DNA from: a virus
Taxonomy: Duplodnaviria; Heunggongvirae; Uroviricota; Caudoviricetes
Reading direction: 5' to 3' (one strand)
Virus record (IMG/VR): IMGVR_UViG_2721755721_000001
DNA: 64,000 bases
Part shown: piece after piece, positions 1 to 9,062 of the stretch
Numbering within the stretch: position 1 is the first letter of the stretch
How the letters are laid out: each line of letters starts with the position of its first letter
Notes under the pieces: model-generated
Databases searched by the model: none
Told to the model about the DNA's origin: nothing
The model's input: only the letters and a program-made list of their open reading frames with translations
Program-made: the position numbers and the translations under genes

Positions 1-384
1 TTATGCGCGTGGATATACTTTCCGGCTAATTCTGCAGCTTTCTGCGGCAAAAGTGCATTTTCGCTTTCCTGAGCCGCCAGCAGCTCATCAAAATCCTCAA
101 GCGTTTCTCGTCCCAGCGCAATTTCCGTGCGCAGTTTTTTCATTTCCTTTGAGACCACGCCCTGACTTTCACGAAACAGCGTGCGCCACTCCTCATTCAG
201 TGTGTTCGTCGTGGCTTCCATTTCAGCGCGACGCTGGCGGATTGTCGCAATATTATCCGCTGCCGCTTTCTGCTGACGACGTGCTTCAAGCCATGCGTTT
301 CTGGCTGTGTTCATGGTTTCCAGTGCCCGCTGCGTTACAGCCGGAAAAGTGGAAAGGTTGTTATTTACTGCGGTATTGTTCATG
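1..384 (-). CDS. hypothetical coiled-coil protein (127 aa) downstream of primase and ori
   Basis: Not in ORF track (window edge). ATG at 382-384 (minus) preceded by AGGAG; stop at 1-3; translation MNNTAVNNNLSTFPAVTQRALE... Confidence 0.5.
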
Positions 385-559
385 ACTTCTCCTGTCGGGT
401 TGGTTCGTTACGTCAATTGTGTCGTGGCTGACACAAGCACACTATCGGTGCTCAGTGTGTGGTGGCTGGCACAACGGGCGCTTGCGGTTATTCAGACGTG
501 GCTATGAAAGCCAGCCAGATAAAAATGCCCTCTGTTTCAGTCTGCTTTATGTCCCTGAT

Positions 560-755
560 GCGGTGGAACAGGTGAAACATGTGTTACAGCTTTGTTTTAT
601 AAGGCATTTATATACACTGCACCGGTGGAACATCGCGGGTAACAAGGTGAAACAGCGGATTGGCTGGCGTTACATCTGTTCCACCTCACTATTTCAGAAG
701 GTGGAACAGGTTCAGCCCTGTAAAATACGGTTGTTCCACCTGTTTCACCTGTTAC
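560..755. repeat. Iteron cluster, about 8 copies of GGTG(G/A)AACA in both orientations; putative satellite replication origin
   Basis: Repeated ggtggaaca / ggtgaaaca and inverse tgttccacc / tgtttcacc in the 400-bp gap just downstream of the primase gene; P4 ori/crr lie at the equivalent position and carry short repeats bound by alpha. Confidence 0.6.
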
Positions 756-783
756 CCTTAATAAATAAGACTCACGCAAAGCC

Positions 784-3456
784 TTAACCCGGCACCTCGC
801 TGTTGAAGACATAGAGCCTGCGGGGATTCATCTCTGGCGGGCGAATGGTTGTCTGGAGTTTGCCATCAGTGGAGGGCAGCAGGTATCCACGATCTGCGCA
901 CAGACGCGCCACCTTGCGCGGGTCAAATCCCCTGCAGATTTCTTTCCAGCCGGACGGCATGACATAGAACGTAGTGACAGCTTCCGTGCCCTGCGCGGTA
1001 CTGCCTTTCTCCACCCTTCGCCAGCCCACCATATTGCCGGGGCGGTTGCGCTCGTCATACCAGTCTGCAAAGCGGCTGTACTGATTCGCGGTAAAGAAAC
1101 TGCGAACCTGCTCCAGTGCGGCGATATCTTCCTGATTGGCGGTGTGCCCGCGATCTTTCAGCCATGCGTTCAGGCAGACGCGGGTTGCCCGCAGTGCTTC
1201 ACCCTCAGGCCAGCCGGTGATACCCAGACGGGTTGCCAGTTCACCTGCCATCGCCACCAGTGCAAAGCGGTTCACAGCCCGGCCCACCTGATTGCCTGCA
1301 TCTTTCGGAGTCAGGGCGGCAGCATATTCCTTCATCAGCGATTTTGCCTGTGCCGTTAGTCCGTTAAGATCAGCGGTCAGTGCTTTCAGCCACTCCCGGA
1401 ACGGCGAACCGTAGTAGCAGGACGTGGCCCATTCAAGATGCTCTGCCAGAGCCTTGCCGCTGTCGAAGCCGTGCAGCTCCTCAAAAACGCCAAACTTCCC
1501 GGAATCGCTGGGGATCTGGATCATCCTGACTTCCATCCCGGCAAAAGTACGCTCACCGGCCTTTGCCGCATGTTCGGTCAGAGACAATTCGCCAGTTGAA
1601 AAGAACAACAGGCGCCACTGCTTACGGGTACGCAGCTCACCGTCCGTACCGGCACGGCCCTTGCCCTGACCGTTTGCCAGCATGTAGGCGATATTGCCTG
1701 CCTCGCGTCCGTCAACTTCCCGGATCTCATCAAGCATCATGGCGGCATCGTTGCGGCGGCTGGCGCATCCCTCCAGTGCGTTGCCGGTGGCCCGCCATGT
1801 CTGCCAGTAGTCAGGCCCGCCGCAGACGGAGGTTGCTGCTTTCATGGTGGTGGTCTTACCGTCTGTCGATTCCCCTTTGAGGTGGTAGCCGCCGCCGTCC
1901 ATACCAACCAGCCGTAACAGTGGTGCAGCAAAGGCCAGGCTGACAGCAAATGCCACGCGGGAGTTGCCGGTACAGTAGCGGGATACATGCTCCCGCCATT
2001 CCTCTGTTGTGCCCGACACGCGGAAATCACGCCCCTGCACGGAAGTGGTCTGGAGAATGACACCCTCTGCACCTTCACCGCTGACCTCATCCTGCAGGAC
2101 GTAAACCTGACCATGCCAGCCAGTACGACTGACGCAGGTCACGCGGCGTTCCGGTTTACACAGTGAGATATATTCCATCAGGCGTGCGCGTGCCTCACCG
2201 GTGGTGCTGATATAAGACAGCCCGTTAACCAGCAGTACCCGGCGCAGTTCCTCACCACTGCCGCTCAGCATTTCCATCGGCATCGCCCAGCGGCGACACT
2301 CACCCCACGTATCTTCCCATTCCAGCAGTCGTCCGAAGTTACCGCCATCGGCATCGCAGGTGATTGCCGTCACGCGCAGCGGGCTGCATATTTTGACGTT
2401 CTGGATCTCCGTCTCACCGTTGCGCTGTACCTGCTTTTCATACCAGAGATATTCCTGGGTAAGACGGAACCCGTGCGGCAGTTGCGTGCGGCTTTCCCCG
2501 CAGAGTACCAGACCGTTGCGAAAGGCTTCACGGGCACGGGTAATACCGTGCTCCCGATGAAAGTCATTCCAGTCAGCCTTAATCTCTTCTGGTGGCAGCG
2601 TCATCCAGCCGCCAACAGCTTTTGCCGCCCGTTCAGCAAAGGCTCTGCCGGGATTCTCACCCCCGTCCTGAAAATCGTTATCACCGGCGATGATAATTTT
2701 TACCTCAGGCCAGCGTGCCCGCAGCGACTGCGCCACATTGGGCAGGTTGCCCGCAGATATGGCAGCCACTACGCATCCGGCAGTGAGCTGGCTTACCGTC
2801 AGCGCCGTAGCGTAACCTTCGGTAATCACCACCTGTATCGGTGGTTCAGACGGTAACGGGCTGAGCGACACAAACGCGCCTTTCATCGTGCTGCCGGGCA
2901 GTATGCTTTTTTCACCCGTCGGGGCGATAAGCTGTGCACCGGTCACGGCTCCGGTGTTGGTCGTGAGTGGTAACAGCAGGGAACCGGCAGGAAAATCCTT
3001 ACCGCTGATATGCTGTACGCTTCCGGTCAGAGAGGCCGGGTATCCGGCGAACCCTTTTCCTGTCAGATAGGCGCTTTCTCCCGTGTGGCTCTCTTTCATC
3101 AGCGCCGCCACGGTAAGACCCATGTCGCGTTTAGGGGCTTTTTGTCTGGCAGGCTTAACAGGCAGTTCCTGCATATCCGGCACATTAAGCACCTGCGCCA
3201 CCTCCTGCGCAGCCTTTCTGACGTTGTAACCGGTTACGAGCTTAACCAGATCCAGACCGTCACCATTGCCACACTGGCTGCAGATCCACGTCCCGCGCCC
3301 GTCAAGGTCATCAAGGCGAAAACGATCCTTGCCCCCACATTTCGGGCAGGGACCGTGCCTGCCGTTTTCAGGTACATCAATACGCAGCATCTGCAGAATA
3401 ACGGGCCATTTCCCCCGTGCGGCGGCTGAAACCTGCGTAACCGTCTGTATTGTCAT
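784..3456 (-). CDS. P4 alpha-like DNA primase-helicase (890 aa)
   Basis: N-terminal zinc finger CPKCGGKDRFR...CSQCG, TOPRIM-like ITEGYATALTV/IIIAGDND, Walker A GESTDGKTT in C-terminal helicase part. Confidence 0.85.
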   Translation of the reverse strand: MTIQTVTQVSAAARGKWPVILQMLRIDVPENGRHGPCPKCGGKDRFRLDDLDGRGTWICSQCGNGDGLDLVKLVTGYNVRKAAQEVAQVLNVPDMQELPVKPARQKAPKRDMGLTVAALMKESHTGESAYLTGKGFAGYPASLTGSVQHISGKDFPAGSLLLPLTTNTGAVTGAQLIAPTGEKSILPGSTMKGAFVSLSPLPSEPPIQVVITEGYATALTVSQLTAGCVVAAISAGNLPNVAQSLRARWPEVKIIIAGDNDFQDGGENPGRAFAERAAKAVGGWMTLPPEEIKADWNDFHREHGITRAREAFRNGLVLCGESRTQLPHGFRLTQEYLWYEKQVQRNGETEIQNVKICSPLRVTAITCDADGGNFGRLLEWEDTWGECRRWAMPMEMLSGSGEELRRVLLVNGLSYISTTGEARARLMEYISLCKPERRVTCVSRTGWHGQVYVLQDEVSGEGAEGVILQTTSVQGRDFRVSGTTEEWREHVSRYCTGNSRVAFAVSLAFAAPLLRLVGMDGGGYHLKGESTDGKTTTMKAATSVCGGPDYWQTWRATGNALEGCASRRNDAAMMLDEIREVDGREAGNIAYMLANGQGKGRAGTDGELRTRKQWRLLFFSTGELSLTEHAAKAGERTFAGMEVRMIQIPSDSGKFGVFEELHGFDSGKALAEHLEWATSCYYGSPFREWLKALTADLNGLTAQAKSLMKEYAAALTPKDAGNQVGRAVNRFALVAMAGELATRLGITGWPEGEALRATRVCLNAWLKDRGHTANQEDIAALEQVRSFFTANQYSRFADWYDERNRPGNMVGWRRVEKGSTAQGTEAVTTFYVMPSGWKEICRGFDPRKVARLCADRGYLLPSTDGKLQTTIRPPEMNPRRLYVFNSEVPG

Positions 3457-3836
3457 ACTTCCCCCTCATACAACGTCACACCGGTACTGCAGAAGTCATC
3501 AAATGCCGCCGGAAGCGTGCGGTACATCTCCGCCATCACTTCACAGCCGCGCGCGGTCAGTACCGGCGGCGCGGTCAGCAGTGACGGCTCCAGCATGTCA
3601 GTCAGCAGTGCCAGCGCGGCAGCGGCGCCCTGCACTTCGCCGTACTCGTTAATCAGTACGCACTCGATATGCAGCGCAATGGCCATTTCAATACGCTCCA
3701 CCGTCAGGCTGTGCGGACCATACTGATCACTGCCAGTTTCGTTCAGCATTTTCTGCCGCCATGCTGAAGCAATAGCCCGCCGGTAAAGCGCGGTGGTCAT
3801 TTCTACCGGGAAAATGGAAACCTGCGGCTGGTTCAT
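3453..3836 (-). CDS. hypothetical protein (127 aa), satellite early operon
   Basis: ORF overlaps the primase start by 4 bp (translational coupling). Confidence 0.5.
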   Translation of the reverse strand: MNQPQVSIFPVEMTTALYRRAIASAWRQKMLNETGSDQYGPHSLTVERIEMAIALHIECVLINEYGEVQGAAAALALLTDMLEPSLLTAPPVLTARGCEVMAEMYRTLPAAFDDFCSTGVTLYEGEV

Positions 3837-4117
3837 CTGGCACCTCCTTCAATCAGTGCGCAGCTGTGTGCAATATCCGTCAAATCTGCCAGCAGGTACT
3901 CCATCAGCGCGGCGACACCAGGCGCACAGCCTGCGTCCAGTGCTCCGGCCTGAGACGGGTATTCAGAAAAGAGAAGCTGGAGCATGTCGCAGGCATTTCT
4001 TGCGCGGGTCAGCTTTCCGAAACTGTCCTCTGACAACCCATAGGCAAAAGCACCGGTATTGTGTTTTTCAGGCAAAGTGTGGCCCTGAGCACCGTTGTGC
4101 CCGTTTGAAATATTCAT
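3833..4117 (-). CDS. hypothetical protein (94 aa)
   Basis: ORF overlaps downstream gene by 4 bp, same operon. Confidence 0.45.
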   Translation of the reverse strand: MNISNGHNGAQGHTLPEKHNTGAFAYGLSEDSFGKLTRARNACDMLQLLFSEYPSQAGALDAGCAPGVAALMEYLLADLTDIAHSCALIEGGAR

Positions 4118-4148
4118 CGTGGATTACTCCGTTTTCAGCGGTATTTTG

Positions 4149-4538
4149 TCAGAGAAACTTTGAATAGTGACCGTCGTCAGGCTCAGCAGAACGCCGTATG
4201 CTACGCTCCCGCCAGCGGATAAATAGCACAGACGGATGCAGTGTCAGCGGGCCGGAACCACTACCGCCAGCAGGAGCTGGTGCAGGCTTCAAGAGCGGTA
4301 CATCAAACAGGCGCGTATACCGCTGTTCAAACCATGCCAGAGGGCAGGAAGAAAGCTTGTTGTCGCTGTCATGACGTATCAGCACTTCACAGCTGAATTC
4401 AGGATTAACCAGCGCCACAGAGGGCGAGGCTTCTATTAATCGGATAATCGTGACCGTCCAGCCACGTTCATGCTGCCAGCGTTCGCCGGGGTGCGGATAA
4501 TTACGCATGTTCACCTCCGCAGGGAATGCGCCCGGCAA
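4149..4538 (-). CDS. hypothetical protein (about 120-129 aa, start uncertain)
   Basis: ORF in operon orientation; overlaps the Icd-like gene. Confidence 0.4.
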   Translation of the reverse strand: MPGAFPAEVNMRNYPHPGERWQHERGWTVTIIRLIEASPSVALVNPEFSCEVLIRHDSDNKLSSCPLAWFEQRYTRLFDVPLLKPAPAPAGGSGSGPLTLHPSVLFIRWRERSIRRSAEPDDGHYSKFL

Positions 4539-4677
4539 AGCTCAGTACATAGTCCGGGGCAAGTCTGCGCCGCGCTGATCGTTCGTTATCTGCGGTGATC
4601 CTTAACATCACAGGACGGGCATTGCGTTGACTGCGGTTGATCGCCGCAAATAACCAGGTACACTTCTGTTTAGCCAT
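4501..4677 (-). CDS. Icd-like cell-division-inhibitor family small protein
   Basis: MAKQKCTWLFAAINRSQRNARPVMLRITADNERSARRRLAPDY... resembles P4-family Icd-like proteins; start placed at the internal MAKQK. Confidence 0.55.
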   Translation of the reverse strand: MAKQKCTWLFAAINRSQRNARPVMLRITADNERSARRRLAPDYVLSFAGRIPCGGEHA

Positions 4678-4793
4678 CTTCGTTACCTCATATAACGTGC
4701 TGGTCAGACGCCTCGGTGCTGCTGCAAACACTCCGGGGCGTTGCTATTTTGTTTTTCTGTGTGTAATGTGTCATTACACATAAATACATTACA

Positions 4794-4988
4794 ATGGGTG
4801 TAATTGACGTGTCAACACACAAAAATGAAAGACGTGGGAATCCGCCATTCCAGTTCCGACTTGACCCTGAACTGCGTGAACTGATGGAACAAGCACAACA
4901 GCAGGATGGCGATGAATCGCTAGCGGCTTGGATCAAGCGCATTCTACGCAAAGAGTTACAAAGCCGAGGTTTAGAACCAAAGAATTGA
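4794..4988 (+). CDS. small hypothetical protein (64 aa), divergent from the early operon
   Basis: ORF only; basic C-terminus. Confidence 0.3.
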   Translation: MGVIDVSTHKNERRGNPPFQFRLDPELRELMEQAQQQDGDESLAAWIKRILRKELQSRGLEPKN

Positions 4989-5037
4989 TTAATACGTTGG
5001 GGAGGCTTTTTTCTCCCCAGCTTTGTTAATATTGTCA

Positions 5038-5253
5038 TTACACTACTTCCTCCAATCCTGCTGATTGAGCTTTAACCCACTGCCTAATTTCTTGTGCATC
5101 GTAAACAGATACCCGTTTTGAAATGCGTATAGATTTGGGAAATTCAGGATTGTTCTTTTCCCAGCGCCAGAGAGTAACCGTACTTATTTGCAAAAAGTCA
5201 GCAGTAGCTCGTGGGCGGGCATGTCCAGTGATAGGATAAGTTTTTAATGTCAT
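5038..5253 (-). CDS. alpA: AlpA-family phage regulatory protein (HTH)
   Basis: MTLKTYPITGHARPRATADFLQISTVTLWRWEKNNPEFPKSIRISKRVSVYDAQEIRQWV - typical AlpA/Vis-type HTH. Confidence 0.8.
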   Translation of the reverse strand: MTLKTYPITGHARPRATADFLQISTVTLWRWEKNNPEFPKSIRISKRVSVYDAQEIRQWVKAQSAGLEEVV

Positions 5254-5355
5254 GAAATTACCTGCCGTATTATGTAATGAACACGGCAGATACTATGGGG
5301 ATATCAAAATGCTGTGAAGGTAGTGTAATCAACTCTACCTGTAGATTGTTTCAGT

Positions 5356-6237
5356 CTACCCCTTTTGTTTTAATCCCGCATGATTAACCGCTAATCGTAA
5401 TTTTCTTAAGATTTCTTGTTCATTAGTGATAAATATTGGAGGTAGCTCTCCTAAATGTTTAATTATGGCGTTAGTCCACTTTTCAGGACTTATCTCTTTT
5501 CTTTCACCACGACATTCGCTTGGGTATTTTGCTAATATATATATGGCTGCATTTAATAACCCCTCCCTATTTTTTGCATGATGCTCAGCAGTGTTATTTA
5601 ATCGCTTGGGGATTTTAGGTTCAGATGAAATTCTTTTCGTAAGTAAACTTGGCATAGGAATTCCAGTTTTTACTGATTTCCATATTAACTCTAAATCTCT
5701 TCGCATGATAAGAAGATCTTCAAATGGAATCTTAATTACCTTATTTCCTTCATATGAGGCCGTTGCCATCAAAACATTATCTCGTATTTTTACCGGTTTA
5801 AGCCTGAATTCATAATCTGGATCTATAGCTAATCCATTTTTTATGTCACTTATCATATCATCGGCGTACCAAATACCACAGGCAAATCCTATAATTTGAA
5901 GCCCATTTTCAAAATGTTCAAAGGAATCATCTTTAAGGTCATACCATATTGTTGAAAATTCCATCTCTAGTGATTGATTAGTTAATACGGGATGAATTAA
6001 GTCAATTTCCATTTTCTGATTTTTATTGAGGAAATTAACATTAAATCTAACTGCAAGTCCATCCGCCTTGAATGCGATATTAAAAGCGCCTATTTCGTAT
6101 AGATGTAATAAATCATCAATCTCGCATTCTAATAGTCTTGAAGCGCGTTCAAATGAACAATATTCTAATGGTGGTATTTTTTTGTCAATCCATAGATTTC
6201 CTAAGAATATAGTTTCATTCTCTGTTGAATGCTGCAT
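5356..6237 (-). CDS. hypothetical AT-rich cargo protein (293 aa) between integrase and alpA
   Basis: Long ORF with AGAGG Shine-Dalgarno; markedly AT-rich versus flanks; no motif recognised. Confidence 0.65.
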   Translation of the reverse strand: MQHSTENETIFLGNLWIDKKIPPLEYCSFERASRLLECEIDDLLHLYEIGAFNIAFKADGLAVRFNVNFLNKNQKMEIDLIHPVLTNQSLEMEFSTIWYDLKDDSFEHFENGLQIIGFACGIWYADDMISDIKNGLAIDPDYEFRLKPVKIRDNVLMATASYEGNKVIKIPFEDLLIMRRDLELIWKSVKTGIPMPSLLTKRISSEPKIPKRLNNTAEHHAKNREGLLNAAIYILAKYPSECRGERKEISPEKWTNAIIKHLGELPPIFITNEQEILRKLRLAVNHAGLKQKG

Positions 6238-6267
6238 TATGACCTCTGTTTTAAATTATAAGAGTAT

Positions 6268-7554
6268 TTAATTGATAATGTTAATACCTGATAAGTCATA
6301 AGGAGCATGGAATTCGTCCTTATTTAGTTCCAGATAATTAGACCACCATTGCATCATTCTGCGGCGTTCCTGCATGTGCTGCGCAAGATGCACATATGCT
6401 GCCCGCACTTCGTTTCTTTCTTGGTGACTCATCTGCCGTTCAACTGCATCGCGTGACCAGAGTCCTGATTCGGTCAGTGCAGAGCAGGCCATCGCCCTGA
6501 ACCCATGCAAGCAAACATCAGTTTGAGTGTCGTAACCCATCGTTCGCAGTGCTTTATTAACTGTGTTTTCGCTCATCGGTTTATATGGGTTGCTGTCACC
6601 GGGAAAAACCAGCAGATATTCACCACTGATTTTCCTTATATCCTCCAGTACCCCGATAGCCTGACTAGATAGCGGGACATAATGAGCAGCCCCCATCTTT
6701 GCACCCCGATCTGAGAATTTAACCCCTGCGATCTCTTCACGTTGTCCTGGTATCGTCCATAGCCCATTTTCAATGTCGATCTCCTCCCATCTGGCATGTC
6801 GTAGTTCGCTGGATCGCACAAAAGTGTGCAGGGAAAAGAGAACTGCTAGGCGAGTCAATGGTCTTCCCGTGTAACTTCTCGTTTTCGCTAACAGTTCAGG
6901 TAAACGTTCGAGAGGTAGTGCGGGGCGATGTCGTACTTTGGGGGCCGTAATTGCACCTTTTAGATCGTGGGCAGGGTTGTAATCGACAATTCCACGTTGC
7001 ACGGCATAACGGAAGATGCTCGTCATAGTGGTTTTTACACGGCTCGTTGTGGCACCAATTCCTTTCTCAGTCATCTCAACCAGCATCGGCATCAAGTCAC
7101 GGGTTTTGAGCGTATCGATAGGCTTTGAACCGATGGCAGGAAAGAGGTGGTTTTCCATTTCTCGGAGAATTTTTTTACGGGTGATCTCTTTCCACTCAGG
7201 ATGCCCCATCGTTCCACTATGCCACTCTCTGGCAACACTCTCGAACGTGGGGGAAATTGGGTCTTCCTTTTTGGGTTTCTTTGCTTCGCGAGGATCACGA
7301 CCATCGGCTAGTAGTTGCCTGGCTTCATCACGCCGTTTCCGCGCTGTTGCAAGTGAGACATCTGGGTAGACCCCTAATGCCAATGTCACTTGTTTTCCAT
7401 CAAAACGATAATTCATACGCCAGTATTTTCCACCAGTCTTTCGTACCAGTAGATACAAACTCCCTCCATCGGTAAGTTTGTAATCATTGGTCTTCGGCTT
7501 GGCGTTTTCTATCTGTTTGGGGGAAAGCACATTAATGGCCATATCTGTACTCAT
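6268..7554 (-). CDS. int: P4-type tyrosine integrase (start uncertain, ORF extends to 7602)
   Basis: N-terminus LSPKQIENAKPKTNDYKLTDGGSLYLLVRKTGGKYWRMNYR typical of P4-family integrases; C-terminal catalytic region with HGFR...Y. Confidence 0.85.
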   Translation of the reverse strand: MSTDMAINVLSPKQIENAKPKTNDYKLTDGGSLYLLVRKTGGKYWRMNYRFDGKQVTLALGVYPDVSLATARKRRDEARQLLADGRDPREAKKPKKEDPISPTFESVAREWHSGTMGHPEWKEITRKKILREMENHLFPAIGSKPIDTLKTRDLMPMLVEMTEKGIGATTSRVKTTMTSIFRYAVQRGIVDYNPAHDLKGAITAPKVRHRPALPLERLPELLAKTRSYTGRPLTRLAVLFSLHTFVRSSELRHARWEEIDIENGLWTIPGQREEIAGVKFSDRGAKMGAAHYVPLSSQAIGVLEDIRKISGEYLLVFPGDSNPYKPMSENTVNKALRTMGYDTQTDVCLHGFRAMACSALTESGLWSRDAVERQMSHQERNEVRAAYVHLAQHMQERRRMMQWWSNYLELNKDEFHAPYDLSGINIIN

Positions 7555-7814
7555 TTTGGTAAATTGATGGTATCTGCATATCGAACTGGGGAATACCATC
7601 ACTTATACCATCACGAGGTTGTAATGTCATGAAATTAACTGAAATGAAAATCAGGCCGATTCGGTGATAACTTACTGTTTTTTTAAGTGGTTATGTAATG
7701 AAGTGAAATGTAGAGAAAGGTCTTTAAAGTGTCCCCTGCAGACATCTACTTGAGGCAGCAGGGGATTGATTGGAATGGTGTTTTTTAGGTGTGAGAAATA
7801 TTTTACCCGCTATT

Positions 7815-8015
7815 TTACCCATTGGCGCGGCTTAAGAGCTTATTTTTGAATTCACAATGGTCACGATATAACCATCTTGCTCGACCGTGGATAACTTTGG
7901 CTTTTGGCAGGTCGCCGGACTTAATCCGGTCGTAGATGAAGGTTTTACCAAAGCCAGTATCGGCCATGATGAATTTCAAATCAACCAGTGAATCAGGTTG
8001 TAGTTCGTGTTGCAT
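7815..8015 (-). CDS. xis: excisionase / AlpA-like HTH DNA-binding protein (66 aa)
   Basis: Small basic HTH protein directly upstream of the integrase, GGAGA Shine-Dalgarno. Confidence 0.6.
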   Translation of the reverse strand: MQHELQPDSLVDLKFIMADTGFGKTFIYDRIKSGDLPKAKVIHGRARWLYRDHCEFKNKLLSRANG

Positions 8016-8057
8016 GAGTGCTATCTCCGAATAGGGAATCGAACCTGCAAATCAGGC

Positions 8058-8090
8058 AAGAAAAAACCGCCATCAGGCGGCTTGGTGTTC
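8058..8090 (-). terminator. rho-independent terminator (minus strand)
   Basis: Minus-strand GCCGCCTGATGGCGG hairpin followed by a T-run. Confidence 0.5.
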
Positions 8091-8146
8091 TTTCAGTTCT
8101 TCAATTCGAATATTGGTTACATTGTTTTCATATATGAATAAATAAA

Positions 8147-8359
8147 TTAGCTTTTTTCGTTGCCTTCGCGTTCTTTATTAATTTTGACAAAATCGTTTTT
8201 ACCACGCTCTCCAAATGCGTCTTTAGAGTCGTTGTATCCGCAATCGCAGCACACATAATCATCAGACCATCCACGCATTGTTTTTTCTTTTGCAATATTT
8301 CCAGAACCGCATTTTGGACAAGACATATCACTACCTCCAAAGCATGAGAGAGATGACAA
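8147..8359 (-). CDS. zinc-ribbon small protein (70 aa)
   Basis: CPKCGSG...CCDCG paired Cys motifs. Confidence 0.5.
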   Translation of the reverse strand: MSSLSCFGGSDMSCPKCGSGNIAKEKTMRGWSDDYVCCDCGYNDSKDAFGERGKNDFVKINKEREGNEKS

Positions 8360-8422
8360 CGTAACATTGATTGGAGATTAACAATAGATTGCTGATGTAA
8401 AAGATATGTATAAGCTTAGCTA

Positions 8423-8797
8423 TCAAAGGGGAGGCTCTGGTAGCGGCATCCAGTGTGACGGTTTCCACGACGCACCAGGAATTATCCACCCATCATTAGC
8501 GTCAGGATGCCCCGGGATGTAAGTCGCCCATTTCATTCGCCAGTCACCTTTCCTGTCAAACTCCCTGGCAACAAGAACGGCTGTTTTGGTATCCGGCATT
8601 CGCTCACTACAGCTTATCCAACCATCAGGAGTTACCGGAGAGTTGCCGGGTTCTTTAATGTGCAAGCGAGGCTCACCATCTTTTGGCTCAGGCCACTGGC
8701 GCTCCATGTTGATCTTCAATTTATCTTCCATAGCAGCGGTAATTTCAGCATCGCTGATGCCAGCACGGCGCTGTGCATCCCACAACAGGAAATGCAT
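8423..8797 (-). CDS. lambdoid early-left hypothetical protein (DUF551-like)
   Basis: ORF in the early-left operon; separated in-frame from the upstream ORF by a single TAG. Confidence 0.5.
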   Translation of the reverse strand: MHFLLWDAQRRAGISDAEITAAMEDKLKINMERQWPEPKDGEPRLHIKEPGNSPVTPDGWISCSERMPDTKTAVLVAREFDRKGDWRMKWATYIPGHPDANDGWIIPGASWKPSHWMPLPEPPL

Positions 8798-8806
8798 ATC
8801 AGCCCA

Positions 8807-9052
8807 CTAGCTGAGATCGTCTGGTTCGGCTGCGGCTTCCAGAGCCTCTTTTGAGAGGTGTTTCAGTGGACCAATGGGGCCAACGCAGCCAAATGTGGAG
8901 TCAGACCATTTGGCATGCTCGTGGCGAATCAGTTCGCGTTCCAGTGATGCCAGTGCAATTCGTGCCAGTTCCATTTGTTCGCCACGAGTAAGCCCGTTTT
9001 CAAGCGGATTTTTAATGAACAATTCAATACGTTCTTTGGTAATAGTGGTCAT
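8807..9052 (-). CDS. hypothetical protein (81 aa)
   Basis: ORF in the early-left operon. Confidence 0.4.
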   Translation of the reverse strand: MTTITKERIELFIKNPLENGLTRGEQMELARIALASLERELIRHEHAKWSDSTFGCVGPIGPLKHLSKEALEAAAEPDDLS

Positions 9053-9062
9053 TTGTTAGTCC

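Noticed and set aside
8020-8060. tRNA-like T-arm sequence (reverse complement reads GCAGGTTCGATTCCC), possibly an att-site tRNA fragment
   Set aside because: No matching acceptor stem or complementary T-stem; the sequence is the GGAGA ribosome-binding region of the xis-like gene, so the resemblance is judged coincidental.
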